Source: Candidatus Latescibacterota bacterium (lineage in GTDB: Bacteria > Latescibacterota > UBA2968 > UBA8231). Taken from it: DNA of 64,000 nucleotides. The notes under the pieces were generated by a model. That model saw only the letters and a program-made list of their open reading frames with translations. It did no database searches and had not been told where the DNA came from. The translations under genes and the position numbers were made by a program. Positions 29,973 through 40,566 of this stretch are shown piece after piece. Where the stretch lies: assembly GCA_965261395.1 (NCBI GenBank), contig OZ253462.1, positions 864,001-928,000 on the forward strand, in the 5' to 3' direction. Numbering within the stretch: position 1 is the first letter of the stretch; each line of letters opens with the position of its first letter.

Positions 29973-30668
29973 ATGGGAACTTCCTCTTTAGTCGAGATGA
30001 CCGTAGTCAAGGTTAGTCCCTATTTGCGCGAGGACAGGCCCTTGGTATGGTTGAGCGAGAAGAACGGTAAATTCCCACGGCTTTTGCCCATTCCCATTGG
30101 CGAATTTGAAGCGGCCGCCATTCGGATGCGGCTCGAAAACGATGGGCCTATACGCCCGATTTCCTACGACTTGCTCTCTTCTATGGTCAACAACCTTGCG
30201 ATACGTGTGCGCCAAGTTGTCATTCACAACGTGCGCGGCTCAATATACTACGCGTGGGTCGTCATTGAGAAGAATCACACAATAAAAGACATCGACGCAC
30301 GTCCTAGCGACGCAATCGCTTTGGCCTTACGCACTGATTCGCCTATTTACGTTTCTCATACGTTGCTTGACGAGGTGGGCTTGGAGTCTTTGGAGACCGA
30401 CTTGGACGTTGAACACACACTGAACCGCTTCTACGAGTTTGAAGCGCAGATTTCTGAATCACTCGATACAAAAGCTGAGACGGCCAACATCCGTCCACCG
30501 AAGGGGAACGCCGAAGAGGCCGAAGCTCAACTGCCCAAAGAAAAAGAGAAAGACGAACTCAGCCTGCTTCAGCACCGGCTACAGCAGGCCGTTATCTGCG
30601 AAGAATACGAAGAAGCGGCCCGGCTACGCGACGCCATCGAGTCGCTCGTTAATAAAGCCAAGCGCTGA
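29973..30668 (+). CDS. Bifunctional nuclease (DUF151) with C-terminal UVR domain, copy 2
   Basis: LPIPIGEFEA, RPISYDL, DARPSDAIALA, EEYEEAARLRD. Confidence 0.9.
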   Translation: MGTSSLVEMTVVKVSPYLREDRPLVWLSEKNGKFPRLLPIPIGEFEAAAIRMRLENDGPIRPISYDLLSSMVNNLAIRVRQVVIHNVRGSIYYAWVVIEKNHTIKDIDARPSDAIALALRTDSPIYVSHTLLDEVGLESLETDLDVEHTLNRFYEFEAQISESLDTKAETANIRPPKGNAEEAEAQLPKEKEKDELSLLQHRLQQAVICEEYEEAARLRDAIESLVNKAKR

Positions 30669-30746
30669 AGCCCTATCTGGGTGGACGCACACGTACCTAC
30701 CAAGTAGTTGAAGTTGCTCAAGATACTGATCCGTGCGCTGCACACT

Positions 30747-31202
30747 ATGGCCCTACAATCCTTCCTTTACCTCGCCTTTTTCATCCTTCACGGCTGCCAT
30801 AGCGAAGACGTAGACCAACGCTTCTCCCATCCGGCCCAGACCTTCCAAACCTATAAGTATGCGCTAGAAAACAGCGACTTTGACCTGCTTTGGGAATGTT
30901 TCGATTCTTCACAAATGGAGGGAGAAGATCGTCAGGGCTTTGTCGAACGATGGCGGCAAAAGACGCCATCCGAGATAAAGGCTCAACTGCGGCGAGAAAT
31001 CGCCGAAGAGCGCATCATCAACGATCGCATAGGTTACTTACTCTTCGATTCCTCTACTCTAGGCGATGAGCGCGCATCGCCATTTTTTTATTTTCTTCAC
31101 GATTCCAGTGGTTGGAAAATTACCTCCCACCTAGACAGCACCTTCCACCAAGAGTTAGAGCAAGCCATTGAGCGCGGCGAGTACAAACTACCCGATTTCT
31201 AA
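30747..31202 (+). CDS. Hypothetical lipoprotein (NTF2-like fold suspected)
   Basis: ATG 30747, LHG-C lipobox, GWKI motif. Confidence 0.6.
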   Translation: MALQSFLYLAFFILHGCHSEDVDQRFSHPAQTFQTYKYALENSDFDLLWECFDSSQMEGEDRQGFVERWRQKTPSEIKAQLRREIAEERIINDRIGYLLFDSSTLGDERASPFFYFLHDSSGWKITSHLDSTFHQELEQAIERGEYKLPDF

Positions 31203-31273
31203 TTCCTTCCCTTCCCCCATCAGGCATTAACTTTTTTCGTCGATGGCTCCCCTTAATCAGCAAGTCTGCCTCC

Positions 31274-31807
31274 TCAGCTAGGCGGCTTTAAATCCCAAGT
31301 CGCTATAATGCCCATTATCGTATTCCACTGTGTGTCGTTCATCGCCTCTACTAGAGAGAATAGGCCCAACACATCGCGTTCCTTCTGTTTCTTGCGCGCC
31401 CGGACAATTCCCTCTAACCAAGGTTGATCCCCGAGCAGAGCCAAGATTTCTGGATCAGAGAGCACCCCCAAGAGGGCTGGATCCAAAGGCTCTTTGCTAG
31501 ACAGGAGCTTATTGACCACTGGGTCTGACAACGAGCGTATCATCTTGCCATAAAGCGCACGTCCTTCCTCCGAGCTCGCCTTGGCCTCATACGCAGCAAG
31601 CAATACCCTGTTAGAGTCGAGTTCCAATACCTCGGCCAACTTGATACATACTTCGTCGGAAGGAACCTTCTCCCCCTTCTCAATTTGTCCTATATAGGTT
31701 GCCCATACGCCCTTGGGCCTTCGCGCCGTCACGAGTTGCGCGGCCAAGCCCTGCTGGCTCAGGTGAGCTTGTAGTCGGGCCCCTTTGATCATTTCTGCAA
31801 ACTGCAT
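31274..31807 (-). CDS. XRE-family HTH transcriptional regulator
   Basis: ARLQAHLSQQGLA...YIGQIEKGEKVPSDEVCIKLAEVL; start at ATG 31807. Confidence 0.88.
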   Translation of the reverse strand: MQFAEMIKGARLQAHLSQQGLAAQLVTARRPKGVWATYIGQIEKGEKVPSDEVCIKLAEVLELDSNRVLLAAYEAKASSEEGRALYGKMIRSLSDPVVNKLLSSKEPLDPALLGVLSDPEILALLGDQPWLEGIVRARKKQKERDVLGLFSLVEAMNDTQWNTIMGIIATWDLKPPS

Positions 31808-31848
31808 TCGCGGTCCCTCTGAAATATTTTCATCCACCTTCTTTATTG

Positions 31849-31877
31849 AATATACACACACACCAGTAAGTGTGCAA
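31849..31877 (-). promoter_or_regulatory. Sigma70 promoter of the XRE gene with palindromic operator 1 (31859-31874)
   Basis: Minus strand TTGCAC-17bp-TATATT; CACAC-N6-GTGTG covers the spacer and the edge of the -35. Confidence 0.7.
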
Positions 31878-31914
31878 GTTTGTATTGTCATTTTCTAAAC
31901 GCACGTTTTTCTGC

Positions 31915-31943
31915 TTGACAACACAATCTAGCGTGTGTATTTT
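31915..31943 (+). promoter_or_regulatory. Sigma70 promoter of the ncRNA with palindromic operator 2 (31922-31937)
   Basis: TTGACA-17bp-TATTTT; CACA-N8-TGTG fills the spacer. Confidence 0.75.
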
Positions 31944-31950
31944 TGTTTCT

Positions 31951-32165
31951 AAATAGAGTGTGGTGGCCCACTGGCATGGCCAATGTCCTGATCCGCGAAG
32001 CTCGGATTTCCCTTTTCGGGTCGTTGAGATCTTCAAAACTACCTCCCCACACCGCCTCGTTTGAGGATCTCACTTGCGTTTCAAGATCACACTATTTGGT
32101 CGCCACATGGCCGCCACACTCTAAATGAGTAAGCAGTCCATTTCGATATGGGCTGCTTTTTATTT
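31951..32165 (+). ncRNA. Stand-alone structured ncRNA (6S-like or novel sRNA with C-rich loop)
   Basis: 15-bp closing stem 31954-31968/32109-32123 with further pairing inside it; 13-bp stem 32025-32037/32060-32072; own promoter and terminator; the wobble pairs read G-U only on the plus strand. Confidence 0.8.
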
Positions 32166-32173
32166 TTATTTTT
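32131..32173 (+). terminator. Intrinsic terminator of the ncRNA
   Basis: AAGCAGTCCAT-TTCGAT-ATGGGCTGCTT followed by a T-rich tract. Confidence 0.85.
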
Positions 32174-32197
32174 CTGCCGGTTCTTTCTTTATACGCC

Positions 32198-33313
32198 ATG
32201 CGTATCTGTATGGTCGCCTTCACCGACCTGAATTTCGACTACCGCATCTACCGAGAGGCCACTTCGCTGCGCCGCGCTGGTCACCAAGTCGTCATTGTCG
32301 CATCCTCTTTCAATCCGGCCCCTCTCAAGGGATGGGACGATTTTGAAATCTATCCGATTCTGCTAGACCGAAGCCGCTCACTGCGCCGCCTCTATCCCTT
32401 ATTTTGGCAACGAGCCTATCCACTGCTTGTCGAGACCCATCCGGATGCCTATCACGCCCACGACCTAGATTCGCTCTGGCCAGCAGTGCGAGCTGCACAG
32501 CGACTAAATCGGCCCCTCGTCTACGACGCGCACGAATTTTGGACCGAACAGTCTTCACTGGTCAATCGGCCGCTAATGAGATCCTGCTGGAGTTTGCTGG
32601 AGCGGCGGCTGATACGTCGGGTAGATCGAATCATAACCGTCAGTGGGTCTATCGCCCAATCACTCAAGGAGCGCTACAGCCTTGACGAGGTTGTTATTTT
32701 GCGCAATTTGCCGCTATTCCGCCATAAGGTCCAAAGCAACCTGATACGCGAAACGCTGGACCTACCCGCTGAGCGCCCTATTGTGCTCTACCAAGGAGGA
32801 TTCCTCACCGAAAATGGCTTGCGCGAGCAAATTGAGGCCGCCGCTGGGTTTGCCGCCGCCTTAGTTTTGATTGGAGATGGGCCTAGCGAACAGGCCCTGC
32901 GGAACCAAGTGCGCGCTGAGGGGCTAGAGGATCGGGTCTATTTTATTCCCCGAGTGCCCTTTCACCAACTTCACAATTATACTTGTTCGGCCGACTTGGG
33001 GCTGTGTCTAATCAAAGGCACGGGCAAGAGCTTCTACTACTCCCTACCCAACAAGCTCTTTGAATACATGATGGCCGGACTACCGATCCTAGCCAGCAAT
33101 TTTCCTGAAATGCAGCGCATCGTCCGCGAAACGCGTACCGGAGCTACGGTCGATCCAACCGATATAGCTGCCATTCGAGAGCAGATCACCGCTTTTTTGG
33201 ACAATGCAGAACAGCGAGAAGCCTGTGCCCAGGCAAGTTTGCAGGCGGCACGGCGCTATAACTGGGAACGGGAAGCCGCTCAACTCACCCAGCTATACAC
33301 AACCCTAGCATGA
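32198..33313 (+). CDS. Glycosyltransferase family 4
   Basis: HAHD, VYDAHE, PNKLFEYMMAGLP. Confidence 0.92.
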   Translation: MRICMVAFTDLNFDYRIYREATSLRRAGHQVVIVASSFNPAPLKGWDDFEIYPILLDRSRSLRRLYPLFWQRAYPLLVETHPDAYHAHDLDSLWPAVRAAQRLNRPLVYDAHEFWTEQSSLVNRPLMRSCWSLLERRLIRRVDRIITVSGSIAQSLKERYSLDEVVILRNLPLFRHKVQSNLIRETLDLPAERPIVLYQGGFLTENGLREQIEAAAGFAAALVLIGDGPSEQALRNQVRAEGLEDRVYFIPRVPFHQLHNYTCSADLGLCLIKGTGKSFYYSLPNKLFEYMMAGLPILASNFPEMQRIVRETRTGATVDPTDIAAIREQITAFLDNAEQREACAQASLQAARRYNWEREAAQLTQLYTTLA

Positions 33314-34254
33314 GTACCCCGCTGACGCTCAGCGTCGTAATGCCTACCTATGACGAGCCTGAACGCCTCGAAGCAGCGCTTAAGAGTCTATCGCAGCAAG
33401 ATTATCCTCACGAGGCGATCCAAATCATCGTTGTAGACGACGCCTCCCCCTACTTGGATACCGAGCGACTGCAAGCGGCGGTAGCGCCCTTACAATTGCT
33501 GCTGCTTCGCAACGAACAGAATCAGGGACGCGCCCGGGCGCGCAACGCAGCACTTCGGATTGCCAGCGGCGATATCGTCGTCTTTCTCGACAGCGACATG
33601 ACCGTCGGCACGAATTTTCTCCGCGCCCATGCCCAACGGCATCAAAACCATGCGGAAGCCGTTTTTATCGGCAACATCCGCTTTGCCAGTGGAATTCCCG
33701 CCACCTCCCTGACCCGCTATCTCGAAGGAAGGGGGGTCCACAGGGTCGACGCGGATAAGCCCATACCTTTCAAGTGCTTCGTCACCGGCAATTCCTCGGT
33801 TCGCTGGTCGTCCCTGCTCCGCGTGGGTTTTTTCGACGAGGATCTCACTGCTTATGGCGGCGAAGATCTGGAATTGGGGTACCGCCTCCATTTGGCGGGT
33901 ATTCCGCTTTACTATGCCCCTGAAGCCCTGTCCTACCACTATCACTTGCGTTCATTGGAGCCGCTCTGCCGTCTAATGCAAACCTATGGCAGCAAGTCAA
34001 TCCCCATCCTTTTACACAAACACCCTGAACTTGACGCCGTACTCCGTCTGGACTTTATCAGGGCCTCTGGACTTTCTCCTTGGCAGCTCGCGCTCCGGCT
34101 AGCCCTGTTGTCGCCGATTCACTATCCAATCCGCTGGTTGACCCGCTGGCTTGTGAAAAGCTATGTCCCGGATCTGGTCTTTAGTTATTTGTTCTGGTCC
34201 AGCCGCACTCGGGGTTATCTACAGGCGATTGCCCATTCAAAGGCTACTTGCTAA
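33310..34254 (+). CDS. Glycosyltransferase family 2
   Basis: SVVMPTY, VVDDAS, FLDSD, GGEDLELGYR. Confidence 0.92.
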   Translation: MSTPLTLSVVMPTYDEPERLEAALKSLSQQDYPHEAIQIIVVDDASPYLDTERLQAAVAPLQLLLLRNEQNQGRARARNAALRIASGDIVVFLDSDMTVGTNFLRAHAQRHQNHAEAVFIGNIRFASGIPATSLTRYLEGRGVHRVDADKPIPFKCFVTGNSSVRWSSLLRVGFFDEDLTAYGGEDLELGYRLHLAGIPLYYAPEALSYHYHLRSLEPLCRLMQTYGSKSIPILLHKHPELDAVLRLDFIRASGLSPWQLALRLALLSPIHYPIRWLTRWLVKSYVPDLVFSYLFWSSRTRGYLQAIAHSKATC

Positions 34255-34323
34255 TCACCTAGTAGCTTCTGTAAAAGAATAACGACTCAAATTACATACA
34301 AATACCGGAGAACCCCTAGCCTT

Positions 34324-35154
34324 ATGTATGCTCACTATCCCCGATTCTCCCAGATTCTCCGCGTAGCCCTACCTGCTCTCCTGCTGGCCCACTTCGTGGT
34401 TTGGCCCGTCGTCGGTCTTTTGTCCCTACATGCTGGTATTATTGCCGCCGAATGTACCATTCTGTGGTTTGTGGCCCTTTATATCCGTCGTCACCACTTA
34501 ATCGCCGAAGATCTTCTTCTGTTCAACGCCGCGCCAGCTAGGACCTTGTTGCTGACAATCCCGGTGACTATTTGCTGTAGCCTCGTAGTCGCCGAATTCG
34601 ACTTGTATCTGGCCTATCTTCTCGGCCGGATAGACCTATCTATGCCGTTACCCTTTCAGAAAAACCTGCTGGAGATTCAGATTCTCCGCGGACTGACGGA
34701 CGTCCCGAAGGGACTGGTAACGCTAGTGCTAGCCCCTGTGCTTTGCGAGGAGCCTCTCTTCCGCGGACTTGTACTCACCAGTCTTTACGCCCATCATGGG
34801 CCACGCTGGGCGCTAGGCGGCTCGGCCCTGCTCTTCGCCGTTTCGCACTTCAACCCTTGGCAGCTGATCCCCCTCTTTCTCTTTGGACTCTTCCTCGGTG
34901 CTTTAGTCTACTGGACTCACAGCATCTATCCCGCCATGCTCGCCCACGCGGTCAACAACTTGGCTTCGATAACTGGGATCAACTTGCGCACTTACTTAGG
35001 CATAGATGGCCTAGGCCCCTCCCAACATCTCCCCATGCCCTTGGCCCTGCTCGCCGGCCTAATCCTGCTTGTCGGCCTCCTGATTCTCTGCCGCCAACCC
35101 GCCATTATGCCGCTGCTGACTAAAAGGGAATGCTCTCCGCCCGATTATACTTGA
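34324..35154 (+). CDS. CPBP/Abi family intramembrane metalloprotease
   Basis: EEPLFRG, FAVSH, HAVNN. Confidence 0.9.
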   Translation: MYAHYPRFSQILRVALPALLLAHFVVWPVVGLLSLHAGIIAAECTILWFVALYIRRHHLIAEDLLLFNAAPARTLLLTIPVTICCSLVVAEFDLYLAYLLGRIDLSMPLPFQKNLLEIQILRGLTDVPKGLVTLVLAPVLCEEPLFRGLVLTSLYAHHGPRWALGGSALLFAVSHFNPWQLIPLFLFGLFLGALVYWTHSIYPAMLAHAVNNLASITGINLRTYLGIDGLGPSQHLPMPLALLAGLILLVGLLILCRQPAIMPLLTKRECSPPDYT

Positions 35155-35190
35155 ACTGTTGGAGACACTTGCAGAAAAAACGTTTCCCAA

Positions 35191-36060
35191 TCAACTCAGC
35201 ACCTTCTCCACCGTTTCCCCAATTTCTGCAGGACTCTCACAGATGTGAATCCCCGCTTCCTGCATCGCCGCCATCTTGTCCTCAGCCGTCCCCTTACCAC
35301 CTGAAATAATAGCTCCTGCATGTCCCATCCGCCGCCCCGGAGGTGCCGTTCGCCCCGCAGTAAAGCCAATAACGGGCTTGTCGTAGCATTCTTTGATATA
35401 GGCGGCCGCTTCTTCTTCAGCCGTGCCGCCGATCTCGCCGATCATCACTACTGCATCGGTCTCGGGATCGTCCTTAAAGAGTGCCAGCGCGTCCACGAAG
35501 CGCGTACCAATGATGGGGTCGCCGCCAATGCCGATGGCTGTAGACTGGCCTAGGCCCCGCTCAGTAAGCTGCTCTACGGCTTCATAGGTCAGCGTTCCAC
35601 TGCGCGAGATAATGCCCACTCGACCTGGCTGGTGAATAAAGTCGGGCATAATGCCGGTCTTGCACTTCCCCGGCGAGATGATGCCAGGACAATTAGGCCC
35701 GATCAGCCGAGTAGAGCGCGCCTGTACATAATGGTAGGCTTTAACCATGTCGCCCACGGGAATATTTTCGCTGATACAGATGACTAGCTCTATGCCAACA
35801 TCGGCCGCTTCCATGATCGCGTCGGCGGCAAAGGGGGCTGGCACAAAAATGATCGAAGCATTGGCACCGGAGGCCTCGACGCCTTCGGCGACCGTGTTAA
35901 ACACTGGAACTCCTTCAAATTCTTGGCCCCCTTTGCCTGGTGTTGCTCCTCCGACCACTTTCGTGCCGTACTCCAACATTTGGCGAGTGTGAAAAGATCC
36001 CTCCGACCCAGTAATTGCCTGTACGAAGACCTTGGTGTTTTCGTCGATTAAAACGCTCAT
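35191..36060 (-). CDS. sucD: Succinyl-CoA synthetase alpha subunit
   Basis: [22 protein letters not shown]. Confidence 0.97.
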   Translation of the reverse strand: MSVLIDENTKVFVQAITGSEGSFHTRQMLEYGTKVVGGATPGKGGQEFEGVPVFNTVAEGVEASGANASIIFVPAPFAADAIMEAADVGIELVICISENIPVGDMVKAYHYVQARSTRLIGPNCPGIISPGKCKTGIMPDFIHQPGRVGIISRSGTLTYEAVEQLTERGLGQSTAIGIGGDPIIGTRFVDALALFKDDPETDAVVMIGEIGGTAEEEAAAYIKECYDKPVIGFTAGRTAPPGRRMGHAGAIISGGKGTAEDKMAAMQEAGIHICESPAEIGETVEKVLS

Positions 36061-36073
36061 TTCTGTATTCCCC

Positions 36074-37231
<1,158 letters not shown>

Positions 37232-37393
37232 GAGCATTATCTTCTAATAGGTGGAAGGTAAAAGAGTACAAAAACCCCTCTCTACCAGCAAGGCACCCTA
37301 GGGCGCGGCAAGAGCACGTGCCAAAAGGGCTGTCGATCGTCGGAAAAGTCCCGTACTATTCAGCCATATCCAAAGACCCCGAGGAGGTGCCTG

Positions 37394-38146
37394 GTGAAAA
37401 TCTTGTTAGTCGGCGGGGCCGGCCACGTCGGCACCTGCACTACTCCCTACCTTAAACGCCATCACGACCTGCGCGTATTGGACATCGCCAAGCCGCAACA
37501 TGAGGTCGAATACATCGAAGGCTCTATCGCCGACCCGGAGGCCCTCGCTTGCGCCCTAGACGGAGTGGATGCCTTCATCAACATGACCATGAAGAGCGGC
37601 CAAGGCGGCCTCGACAGCCACCAGACCGAGGCCCAGATCGTCGACAACTACACGGTCAACTGTCTGGGACTGCACCTGCTCCTGTACACAGCTTGGCGGC
37701 TAGGGATCAAAAAAGGCCTCCACACTTCGACCATGAGCGCCCACTACCGCGCCCGCTCCTATTATCCGTCCGAGGAGGAAGTGCCGCTCGATGGCCCTAG
37801 TGTGTACGGCTTCACTAAGGGGCTAGCCGAGGGCATTTGCCGCTACTTCGCCCGCCAATTTGACCTGAACTTGGCGGTCCTGCGCATTACCGGTCCGCGC
37901 ACCCGGGAGCAATTCCTAGAACAAGCCAAGAATCCACCGCATTATCCCCCCGGTGGCCTTTATTTTACCGACGAGGAAGACTTGGCTAAGGCCTATCTAG
38001 CCGCTCTAGACTACGCATGCACAGGCCATGGCCGCTGCGACGTCTTCTTCATATCGGGCGACGCCGACCACCGCGAGATGAACATGTCCAAAGCACGAGC
38101 CGTCTTGGGCTGGGAGCCTAAATCGCACCTGATGTTGGAGAAGTGA
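37394..38146 (+). CDS. NAD-dependent epimerase/dehydratase family protein
   Basis: GGAGHVG and YGFTK motifs; strong GAGGAGG RBS. Confidence 0.85.
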   Translation: MKILLVGGAGHVGTCTTPYLKRHHDLRVLDIAKPQHEVEYIEGSIADPEALACALDGVDAFINMTMKSGQGGLDSHQTEAQIVDNYTVNCLGLHLLLYTAWRLGIKKGLHTSTMSAHYRARSYYPSEEEVPLDGPSVYGFTKGLAEGICRYFARQFDLNLAVLRITGPRTREQFLEQAKNPPHYPPGGLYFTDEEDLAKAYLAALDYACTGHGRCDVFFISGDADHREMNMSKARAVLGWEPKSHLMLEK

Positions 38147-38229
38147 GAATCACAAGCGGATAATGCACCCAGGGACTGCAAACTCCTGAACCAGATCGGC
38201 CAGGGCCTGCAATCGCTAGGCACGAAGTC

Positions 38230-38263
38230 AAAAAAACAGGCCCAACCATGCCGGTAGAGCCTG
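38230..38263 (-). terminator. Probable intrinsic terminator after rpmA
   Basis: Minus strand CAGGCTC...GGGCCTG hairpin followed by a T run. Confidence 0.55.
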
Positions 38264-38310
38264 CCTCAATACTGTGGATTACTCGCTTTGTAATTTATTA
38301 ACGCATCTTC

Positions 38311-38565
38311 TCAGGCGGCGTAGACGCTCACCCGCTTGCCTTTCTTGCCAAAGGCCTCAAACTTCACCTGCCCGTCAATCGTAGCGAAGAGCGTATCGTC
38401 CCCGCCCTTCTTGACGTTGACGCCCGGGTGAATGCGCGTGCCGCGTTGCCGCACGATAATCGTGCCCGCGCTGACCTTCTCTCCACCAAAGCGCTTAACG
38501 CCCAAACGCTGGGCATTGCTATCGCGCCCGTTTTTAGAACTGCCGACGCCCTTTTTATGAGCCAT
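38311..38565 (-). CDS. rpmA: 50S ribosomal protein L27
   Basis: [16 protein letters not shown]. Confidence 0.98.
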   Translation of the reverse strand: MAHKKGVGSSKNGRDSNAQRLGVKRFGGEKVSAGTIIVRQRGTRIHPGVNVKKGGDDTLFATIDGQVKFEAFGKKGKRVSVYAA

Positions 38566-38583
38566 TACCTAGTCCTTTCGCAC

Positions 38584-38901
38584 TCAGTTCGGAAGAACGA
38601 TGCCCTCGACCCGAATCTCGGTGTAGTCCTGGCGGTGACCCGTGCGCCGCCGGTACTTCTTGCGCCGCTTCTTCTTGAAAACGACGATCTTGTCGCCGCG
38701 GCCATGACCGACAATCGTCGCCGAAACACTGGCCCCCTCGACCGTGGGGCTGCCAACCCTGGTCTCGTCATCACCGGAAACTAGCAGTACGTCGGTAAAT
38801 TCCTGTGTGCTACCTTCTTCGGCCTGAAGCCGGGGTACGCGCAGACACTGGCCTTTGTCGACTTTGACCTGATGGCCGGCGATATTGACAACTGCATACA
38901 T
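38584..38901 (-). CDS. rplU: 50S ribosomal protein L21
   Basis: MYAVV..G.Q.KV; FKKKRRK.YRR..GHRQ. Confidence 0.97.
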   Translation of the reverse strand: MYAVVNIAGHQVKVDKGQCLRVPRLQAEEGSTQEFTDVLLVSGDDETRVGSPTVEGASVSATIVGHGRGDKIVVFKKKRRKKYRRRTGHRQDYTEIRVEGIVLPN

Positions 38902-38977
38902 GAATTGCACTCCTACGCTAAGACTGTTTTGCAATCAACCAAGAAGCTTTTAAAGATATGGGCCGGAATTTTTTCTG

Positions 38978-40501
38978 TCAAACCCGAAACTCGGCCGTCA
39001 CATCCAAGCTGCGCTTGGTCGAGAAGATGCGATAGTCTTGGGGACCCAAAGTGGTGTCGGTCTCAATTTGGAGGCGAGCTTTGGTCGCCTTGCGCAACGA
39101 CTTGAGCCGCTCCTCGCGGTTTTCTAGCATATAGGTGGCCACATCGGGATGGACCTTTAACACGTAGCGCCTTTCGCGGGTGGCAGCATAGGAACGCTGA
39201 AGCCAGCGCTCAATCCAAGTCAGGGTTGTGTCTGGCCCCATAATCCGGCCCGTGCCGCTGCAAATGGGACAAGGCTCGCTATGCGTGTGCAAAAGGTTTG
39301 GACGGACGCGCTGGCGAGTCATTTCGACCAAGCCAAACTCGCTTATGTGCGGGCTGATCGAGACCCTCGCTCGATCCCGTTTGAACTCCTCGACCAAGCA
39401 GTCAACAACCTTTTTGCGGTTGCGCTCATCGTTCATGTCGATGAAGTCGATGACGATGATGCCGCCAATGTCGCGGAGCTTGAGCTGGCGGGCTATCTCA
39501 CGGGCTGCCTTCAGGTTGGTATTGAGGTTGTTTTCCTCCTGATCGTCCGAGCCGAGGTAACGGGCTGAATTCACATCGATAAAGGTCCCCGCCTCGGCGT
39601 AGTCGATGACCAAGGCACCGCCCTGCCGCAACCACACGGTGCGGTTGGTCGCCTTCTCGATATCTTCCTCAATGTTGAAGGCGTCGAAAATGGGCCGACG
39701 ATCGCGGTAAAACTCAACCCTTTGGCGCAATTCAGGTGAAACTTGTCGCAAATAAGCCGTAATCTCCTTGTACAACTCTTTGCTATCGACGACTAGCCGT
39801 TCCACATTGTCAGTGAACAGGTCGCGTATTACGCTGGAGGTCATGCCCATTTCCTTGTACACTAAGGCAGGCGCCTCGACCTTCCTGCTGGTCTTGATCA
39901 GACGCCCGTGGTTTTTCACTAGCTGCTTCATATCGCGTTTGAACTCGCGATCACTCTGATTTTGTCCTTCGGTCCGCACGATTACCGAATAGCCGTCGGG
40001 TTTGATTTTGAAGACCAGGTCTCTCAATCTTTTGCGTTCGTTCCGACTGACGATCTTGCGCGAGACACCAACCCAGTTTCCTCCCGGAACCAGCACCATA
40101 AAACGACCCGGAAGCGATAGCTGAGTTGTCACACGAGCACCTTTAGTGCCGATCGGCTCTTTGGTGATCTGCACCAGCACCTCTTCGCCCTTCTTGATCA
40201 GGTTTTGAATAGAAGGATAACCGCGATGGCGAGAGCGGCGCCCGTTGCGCGCCCCATCGGTCTCGTCTCTATCTGCTTCCACCATATCGCGCACCTGGAG
40301 GAACGCGGTGCGGTCTTGGCCAATTTCGACAAATGCGGCCTGCAGCCCGGGCAAAACGGCCGTTGCGACCCCTTTGTATACGTCTCCTACCGTTCGCTCA
40401 TTCTCGGGTCTTTCGACCCAGACTTCAGCTAGACGCCCTTCTTCCAAGATGGCAATGCGGGATTCGTGGATACCTTGGTTAATAAAAATTTCTGTTTGCA
40501 C
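38978..40501 (-). CDS. rng: Rne/Rng family ribonuclease
   Basis: S1 domain, IDVNS, LRDIGGIIVIDFIDM, CPIC Zn-link. Confidence 0.93.
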   Translation of the reverse strand: MQTEIFINQGIHESRIAILEEGRLAEVWVERPENERTVGDVYKGVATAVLPGLQAAFVEIGQDRTAFLQVRDMVEADRDETDGARNGRRSRHRGYPSIQNLIKKGEEVLVQITKEPIGTKGARVTTQLSLPGRFMVLVPGGNWVGVSRKIVSRNERKRLRDLVFKIKPDGYSVIVRTEGQNQSDREFKRDMKQLVKNHGRLIKTSRKVEAPALVYKEMGMTSSVIRDLFTDNVERLVVDSKELYKEITAYLRQVSPELRQRVEFYRDRRPIFDAFNIEEDIEKATNRTVWLRQGGALVIDYAEAGTFIDVNSARYLGSDDQEENNLNTNLKAAREIARQLKLRDIGGIIVIDFIDMNDERNRKKVVDCLVEEFKRDRARVSISPHISEFGLVEMTRQRVRPNLLHTHSEPCPICSGTGRIMGPDTTLTWIERWLQRSYAATRERRYVLKVHPDVATYMLENREERLKSLRKATKARLQIETDTTLGPQDYRIFSTKRSLDVTAEFRV

Positions 40502-40566
40502 GATAAGCCCTCATACTTATTTAGTAGTCATTATAGTATAGATTATTTTAATGCCTTGCTTATAGT

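Noticed and set aside
31954-32123. Retron msr-msd, SRP RNA, tmRNA or Y RNA identity for the ncRNA
   Set aside because: No reverse transcriptase or Ro60 gene nearby, no SRP helix-8 GNRA motif, and no tRNA-like acceptor or T-arm.
31943-32128. 61-aa ORF (50 aa from ATG 31976) spanning the structured RNA, and the antisense 61- and 68-aa ORFs
   Set aside because: The TTG overlaps the -10, the ATG is buried in the closing stem with no RBS, and the peptides have no recognisable features. RNA structure explains the sequence better, though a dual function is not excluded.
37308-37323. Sigma54-like promoter TGGCACGTGCTCTTGC upstream of sucC
   Set aside because: GG-to-GC spacing is 11 nt, not the strictly required 10.
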